Assembly (NCBI GenBank): GCA_963669175.1
Contig: OY769902.1
Coordinates: 3,872,001 to 3,936,000 of the forward strand
DNA length: 64,000 nt
Direction: 5' to 3'
Source of the DNA: a bacterium
Lineage (GTDB): Bacteria > Electryoneota > Electryoneia > Electryoneales > Electryoneaceae
In this document: positions 58,880 to 64,000 of the stretch, one piece after another
How the letters are laid out: each line of letters starts with the position of its first letter
How positions within the stretch are numbered: the first letter of the stretch is position 1
Notes under the pieces: model-generated
Seen by the model: only the letters and a program-made list of their open reading frames with translations
The model's database searches: none
Told to the model about the DNA's origin: nothing
Position numbers and translations under genes: made by a program

Positions 58880-60193
58880 CTATTTGGCGGAAAGAGCGCT
58901 CATCCCAGCATCAGCAGGCTCGTTTTCCTGAATCTCGTTGATCAGATTAATTGTGTTGGAAGCGCCATCCAGCTCACAAACGACCCAGTACGCACCAACG
59001 CCAGTCTGCGGGACAATAACAGTATTCACCAGACCGTTTTCATCATAAATCTCGACCTGGGCGTTACAGCCGGCAAGATCAGGTGTTCCGGAGTAGTTAT
59101 GTACGAAATAGGTGTACGTCCCTGTAAACACATCATACATGGTAATGGTTTCAGGTCCGTAGCTGCCCATATCATCGATGTCGAGATAAGCGTACGGGGC
59201 TTCATCAGCATAGCCATGGAAGCTATATGAAATATGATAGGTGCTGCCTTCGATCTCCGGTGTCAACAAGTGACTGTCCAGATCGTAGGGCGTCGATTCC
59301 CATGTGAGGACGAAACGAACTTCGCCTTCGCCGGCCAGTTCGGGCGTAATCGCGATGTTGACTTCGAAGATACCGTTTGACGGGATATACCCGTAACGTG
59401 TCGAATTGAAGTAACCGTCAATCGAGGCAGTAATCGCACGATAACCGGCATCGACATTCATGCTGTAGTCGCCATTTGCGTCTGTAGTGGTGGACATGCC
59501 ATCGTCTGCAACAACCGTCACACCTTCAATGGCGCTGCCCGTCAAGGCATCGGTAACCCTGCCATGAACTTCGCCTGTTCCTTCCTGTTCAGGATAGAGC
59601 CCGAGGTTGACAACTTCCGTCTCACCATCGGTCAGCGTGAATTCACCGGAGGTACGCGGATCATAACCGGACGCGTTAATGGTCACAGTGTAGTTGCCAC
59701 CGGCAATATTCGACAAGGTATACTCACCATCATTGTTGCTGGTGGTATTGGATGTCGCCGGGTTGGTCGAAATGGTTGCGCCACTGATAACTGCGCCGGT
59801 CAATGCATCGGTGACAACACCGGAGATGTTGCCCAGCCCGATCAAATCAAGGGCAAAATTCAACGTAGAGACTTCGTCAGCCACGACAGCAGCCGATGCG
59901 CTGGCCTCGAGATAGTCGTCATGGGTTGCTGTGACAACATAGTTTCCTGCATCAAGGTCGTTGAATTGATAAGCGCCGTACGCATCAGTAATACGTGGCA
60001 GCCCACCCGTATTCAAATTCAGTTCAACGCCTTCAATCGCTGCGCCGGTTGCTGCATCTGTAACTGTGCCATGAATGGCGCCATACAGTACATCATCATC
60101 GTCGTCATCGTCCTCGTCATCACCACAACCAATCGCCAGGACAAGGCCCAAAGACAACAAAGCAATCACAAACCACGGTAACACTTTCTTCAT
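58880..60193 (-). CDS. Lipoprotein with three carboxypeptidase-regulatory-like repeats and a C-terminal YfaP/DUF2135-like domain
   Basis: Lipobox AIGC followed by GDDEDDDDDDD; RFVLTW...DLDSH...LDIDD...GPETI...Y.YFVHNY. Confidence 0.82.
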   Translation of the reverse strand: MKKVLPWFVIALLSLGLVLAIGCGDDEDDDDDDDVLYGAIHGTVTDAATGAAIEGVELNLNTGGLPRITDAYGAYQFNDLDAGNYVVTATHDDYLEASASAAVVADEVSTLNFALDLIGLGNISGVVTDALTGAVISGATISTNPATSNTTSNNDGEYTLSNIAGGNYTVTINASGYDPRTSGEFTLTDGETEVVNLGLYPEQEGTGEVHGRVTDALTGSAIEGVTVVADDGMSTTTDANGDYSMNVDAGYRAITASIDGYFNSTRYGYIPSNGIFEVNIAITPELAGEGEVRFVLTWESTPYDLDSHLLTPEIEGSTYHISYSFHGYADEAPYAYLDIDDMGSYGPETITMYDVFTGTYTYFVHNYSGTPDLAGCNAQVEIYDENGLVNTVIVPQTGVGAYWVVCELDGASNTINLINEIQENEPADAGMSALSAK

Positions 60194-60554
60194 GCGAAAC
60201 CTCCAAAAGTAAACATCCGTGAGGTGACATCCCCCTGCAAAAACACCTCACACCCCAAAATCACGATCCGGCTCATCCGGACTAATGTAACAAAGTTCTG
60301 CCAACCGTCAAGTATTCAATTCCCAAGCCGTAAGAAGGCAAAATAAACCTGCCTTAACTCCATGTCAACGACAAGCTCTGAAACTTGGGTCTGAATGAAG
60401 TCTTCACGGTATACGTCGTTCATGGGAACATGTTCCCGGGGGAAATGACTGGAAAATATGTGGCGTAGGCGTAGACACAGATCACAACGAGCTCCTGAAG
60501 ATCTGGATTACAGCTTCATTTCATCAAACAGTTTTTATGATACGCCCGAAAATA

Positions 60555-61340
60555 TCACGCCAAAGCCAGAAAATATATCAGTCCGCCGACACCGAGCACG
60601 AGCGTATAAATACTGAACCCGTACAGTTTTCCACGCTGCAACACCGCCATCAGGATTCCTATGGCAACATAACCACTTATCATGGAAGCAATCACTCCCA
60701 CCCCCATGACACTCCACTCCTTTGCAGTCATTCCACCCAGATCACCCAATTGCAGCACTGCAGCGCCCAGGATAGCCGGAATTGCCAGGAAAAAGCTGAA
60801 GCGTGCAGCGGCATCACGATCAACACCACGGATAAGACCACCAGCAATCGTGGAACCGCTACGACTGATTCCCGGCAGAATAGCCAACGCCTGGAAACAA
60901 CCGATAAGCAAAGCATCCTGCCAACGAATCTTTTCCAGTGGCCGGGATTGTTTTTGCAGTTTCTCGGAAAGAAAGAGAAGCGCACTGGTTACCAGTAAAC
61001 CACCGGATACAAAGGCAGGAGAGGAGAACAGTTCTTCGATCAGATCTTTCAGACCAAGCCCGAAAATCACTGCGGGAACAGTACCAAGGATGATCAGCAA
61101 CGCCACTTTGCGGAGTGGACCACCTTTGAAGAACCCAAGAACCAAGGCGACCAGATCACGCCTGAAGTATACGAATACCGCGAATAATGTTCCCAAATGC
61201 ACAGCAACATCAAAGACCATATTCTCTTCTGCCAGACCGAGAAAATGATGTGCCAGCACCAGGTGGCCGGATGAAGAAATCGGGAGAAATTCCGTCAATC
61301 CCTGGACCAGACCGAGTATAATTGCCTGCCAGAAGCTCAT
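60555..61340 (-). CDS. uppP: Undecaprenyl-diphosphate phosphatase
   Basis: QGLTEFLPISSSGH and PGISRSGSTI. Confidence 0.97.
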   Translation of the reverse strand: MSFWQAIILGLVQGLTEFLPISSSGHLVLAHHFLGLAEENMVFDVAVHLGTLFAVFVYFRRDLVALVLGFFKGGPLRKVALLIILGTVPAVIFGLGLKDLIEELFSSPAFVSGGLLVTSALLFLSEKLQKQSRPLEKIRWQDALLIGCFQALAILPGISRSGSTIAGGLIRGVDRDAAARFSFFLAIPAILGAAVLQLGDLGGMTAKEWSVMGVGVIASMISGYVAIGILMAVLQRGKLYGFSIYTLVLGVGGLIYFLALA

Positions 61341-63176
61341 CTATCGTTGCCTCTCATCTTCTTCCGGATGAAGCAATGCTTCAATGTATTCGCGAACATG
61401 GGCGCTTTCCGATTTTGCCGCAAGGCGAGACCTTCTGAGTTCCGTATCTTCCTCACGGATGAATCCGTCCTGCACCGTGAGCAACCACATTCCCATGCCC
61501 AAATGACGATTGCTGTCAAAGACCTGACGTCCGGAAGCCAGCGACAGTCGTTTCAACTGGTCCAGCTTTTCGGTAATCTCATGCGGACCAACAACACCAC
61601 GTCGGACCGGGGCTAGCAGCAGACGTGCAGCATCATACCCACGCACCTGCCAGTGTGTAGGCCCCTGGATGCCTCGATCGCCCAGCCATTTGCGCAGATA
61701 TTCCAACTGATCGTTATCATCTCCAAGATTATAACAACCGGTAAAAATCATGTTGTTGGCGTAATCACGATGACGATACAGTTCACTCTCATCATACCAG
61801 GCTGAATTGCCTATCCACTGAGTATGAAGATTATAGAATGCAAGTTGTGGCGCGATCAACTCCATGGACCCCGGCTCAATCGGGCAGTAAATGGCATCAA
61901 TGCTGGAAAGTTCGATATCAGTCGGATCGTCAATATCCAGTTCTTCAGCGATATCCTTTCGGAATTGCGCCCATCCGGAAGCGACCATGGCGCTGTCAAC
62001 AAGCATGCCTTCTGTCGTATCCGCCTGCGCCAGGAGATAATTCCTGTATTCGATCTCAAATGCTATGTCACGAATCCGCAGGAACTGCTTCCTCAGGCTG
62101 ACCCCTTCTTCCGGGAAATACCATTCTTCAGCGAGGATGGCGCTGCTGTCACGCCGGGAAATGACATCGGAAAAACCGGCTACATTTTCACGGCAGCGCA
62201 TGGTTGCCGGTGCAATCACGACAATGTGTTTCAGTTGAAGTGAATCTGCTGCGTAGATGGCAGCGATCTCACCTTCACGATACCAGTCTGCATCAATCTG
62301 AATGGTGGAATTACCCAGCGCATAATACCCGGGCCTTCGCATTCCGGGCGTGAGCACCGGTACACCGGAAGCCTGAGCTTCTACAGATGCGGCAACCACA
62401 TCATCATGTTCACCGCCCAGGATAACCCCCCATACACCGGCATCTTCGATAAGGCTGCGGGTTTGAAGCACAGCATCAATAGGTTCGCTGGAATAAGAAC
62501 GCACTTGCATGGATGCTGGCTTATCTGCGGAGAGGTTAAACGCGTCGACAGCAGCTTCAACCCCTCTCACCAGCTCGAGATAAGTGGAATCGTTTTCAGT
62601 AACACCTGGAACAACCACGCCAAGTAAAGGAGTAGTACTGCGAAGCGCGAAATACTGATACAGAAAATCACGAGTATAATCCGTTTGTGCGAAGTTCGTC
62701 AGCAGATGCGCTTTATAACGGATCGATCCTTTTGCCAACTGTCCCAACTTCTCTTCGACAGAATCTTCTAGCTCAGGATCAGGCTGAGAATCGAGACAGG
62801 ATACCAGCGCCCTCGCCGCTTCAAAGTGTTCGCCCATCGTTTGATAAGCGGAAGCAGTCAGATACCAGGCCTGGGCAGCCTGCACACTGTTTGGGTAGAC
62901 ATGGATTACTTTTTGAGCACGCTTTAATGCCTGCGCAACCATGCCAAGTTTCAGCTCAGAACGTCCGGCAATCAGCTCGGCAGTAGCGGCATACCGGCTA
63001 TCGGTATTGGTCTCCGCGAAAGATTGCGCCAGATCGAGCGAAGAACTGTATTCACCATGTTCAAACGCATCAATAGCTTTACTGAGAAGAGGTGGAAGAT
63101 CCTGCTGGGCATAGGCTGTTCCTGCCAGGATTACCACAATGAAAAACCAGGTAAAAACTCGTGCTTTCAACCTCAT
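61341..63176 (-). CDS. Exported TPR + periplasmic-binding-fold protein (LpoA/LppC-like)
   Basis: Signal peptide, TPR-like N-terminus and type-I PBP-like C-half ([14 protein letters not shown]); ATGA overlap with guaA. Confidence 0.7.
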   Translation of the reverse strand: MRLKARVFTWFFIVVILAGTAYAQQDLPPLLSKAIDAFEHGEYSSSLDLAQSFAETNTDSRYAATAELIAGRSELKLGMVAQALKRAQKVIHVYPNSVQAAQAWYLTASAYQTMGEHFEAARALVSCLDSQPDPELEDSVEEKLGQLAKGSIRYKAHLLTNFAQTDYTRDFLYQYFALRSTTPLLGVVVPGVTENDSTYLELVRGVEAAVDAFNLSADKPASMQVRSYSSEPIDAVLQTRSLIEDAGVWGVILGGEHDDVVAASVEAQASGVPVLTPGMRRPGYYALGNSTIQIDADWYREGEIAAIYAADSLQLKHIVVIAPATMRCRENVAGFSDVISRRDSSAILAEEWYFPEEGVSLRKQFLRIRDIAFEIEYRNYLLAQADTTEGMLVDSAMVASGWAQFRKDIAEELDIDDPTDIELSSIDAIYCPIEPGSMELIAPQLAFYNLHTQWIGNSAWYDESELYRHRDYANNMIFTGCYNLGDDNDQLEYLRKWLGDRGIQGPTHWQVRGYDAARLLLAPVRRGVVGPHEITEKLDQLKRLSLASGRQVFDSNRHLGMGMWLLTVQDGFIREEDTELRRSRLAAKSESAHVREYIEALLHPEEDERQR

Positions 63177-64000
63177 TCCCACTCCACCGTTGCCGGGGGT
63201 TTGCTGCTAACGTCATAAACAACGCGGTTCACACCCTTGACTTCGTTGATGATCCTGGTGGACACCTGGCCCAGCAGATCATGCGGTAACGGGCTGAAAT
63301 CAGCCGTCATGAAGTCCCAGGTATTTACCGAACGAAGCGCAACAACATGCTCGTATGTCCTGGCGTCCCCCATCACACCAACACTTTTTACTGGCAATAA
63401 TACCGCCAACGCCTGGCTTACTTTCTCGTACCAGCCGGCGTTTCGTAGTTCCTGAATGAAAATCTGATCTGCCTGGCGAAGCACCTGAAGCCGTTCTTCG
63501 GTCACTTCACCCAGGATTCGCACCGCCAACCCCGGCCCCGGGAAAGGATGGCGGGAAACGATCATTTCAGGTACGCCCAGGTTACGTCCCAGTTCCCGGA
63601 CTTCATCCTTGAACAATTCCCGCAAGGGTTCCACCAGCTTCAGATTCATCTTTTCCGGTAAGCCGCCGACATTATGATGAGACTTGATCGTCACCGATGG
63701 TCCACGGAAGCTGACACTCTCGATCACATCCGGATACAGGGTTCCCTGCGCAAGATATTTGCTGTTTTCATACTTCTTCGCTGCCTGTTCAAATATATCG
63801 ATAAAGGTATGTCCAATACGCTTGCGTTTGACTTCCGGATCGGTCACACCTGCCAACGCATCGAGGAATTGCTTTGATGCGTCAACAACTTCCATCCGAA
63901 CACCAAGCTTGTCACGTAGAACAGCCGCTACTTCTTCACGTTCGCCCAACCGTAAAAGACCGTTATCAACAAAGATAGCAACAAACCTGTCACCAAGCGC
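63173..64000 (-). CDS. guaA: GMP synthase, C-terminal part (5' end beyond the window)
   Basis: [36 protein letters not shown] and [10 protein letters not shown]. Confidence 0.98.
   Translation of the reverse strand, partial: ALGDRFVAIFVDNGLLRLGEREEVAAVLRDKLGVRMEVVDASKQFLDALAGVTDPEVKRKRIGHTFIDIFEQAAKKYENSKYLAQGTLYPDVIESVSFRGPSVTIKSHHNVGGLPEKMNLKLVEPLRELFKDEVRELGRNLGVPEMIVSRHPFPGPGLAVRILGEVTEERLQVLRQADQIFIQELRNAGWYEKVSQALAVLLPVKSVGVMGDARTYEHVVALRSVNTWDFMTADFSPLPHDLLGQVSTRIINEVKGVNRVVYDVSSKPPATVEWE

Overview
Mostly housekeeping chromosome of an FCB-group bacterium. Two proteins have Por/T9SS-type C-terminal tails; a deep-branching FCB lineage such as Electryoneota is plausible but only inferred. 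The window opens inside a >1996-aa secreted multidomain protein on the minus strand that the ORF track misses. It then carries spmAB-thiN-SSS, a CDP-alcohol phosphotransferase/nucleotidyltransferase/EamA trio, hup-HIT-rpsU-yqeY-cvpA-radical SAM, an IS701-like IS, glnE, a DtxR regulator, lptFG-rfbC, two HDOD genes, mutM-pgeF-comM-acyl-CoA ligase, pepT, nfi, queG, two surface lipoproteins, uppP and a partial guaA. Four observations stand out. (1) A recurring E-L-D-[E/D] motif ends linker/pro-regions in secreted proteins, a candidate proteolytic maturation code. (2) Three copies of a ~395-bp IS50/Tn5-end MITE carry a REPIN-like cargo, and two of them are nested in hairpins of a second REPIN-like family. 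(3) Those nested loci are bordered on both sides by locus-specific tandem arrays. (4) A 270-bp Correia-like element folds into two long arms with complementary (kissing) loops. All product calls come from motif recognition by eye; no database searches were run.
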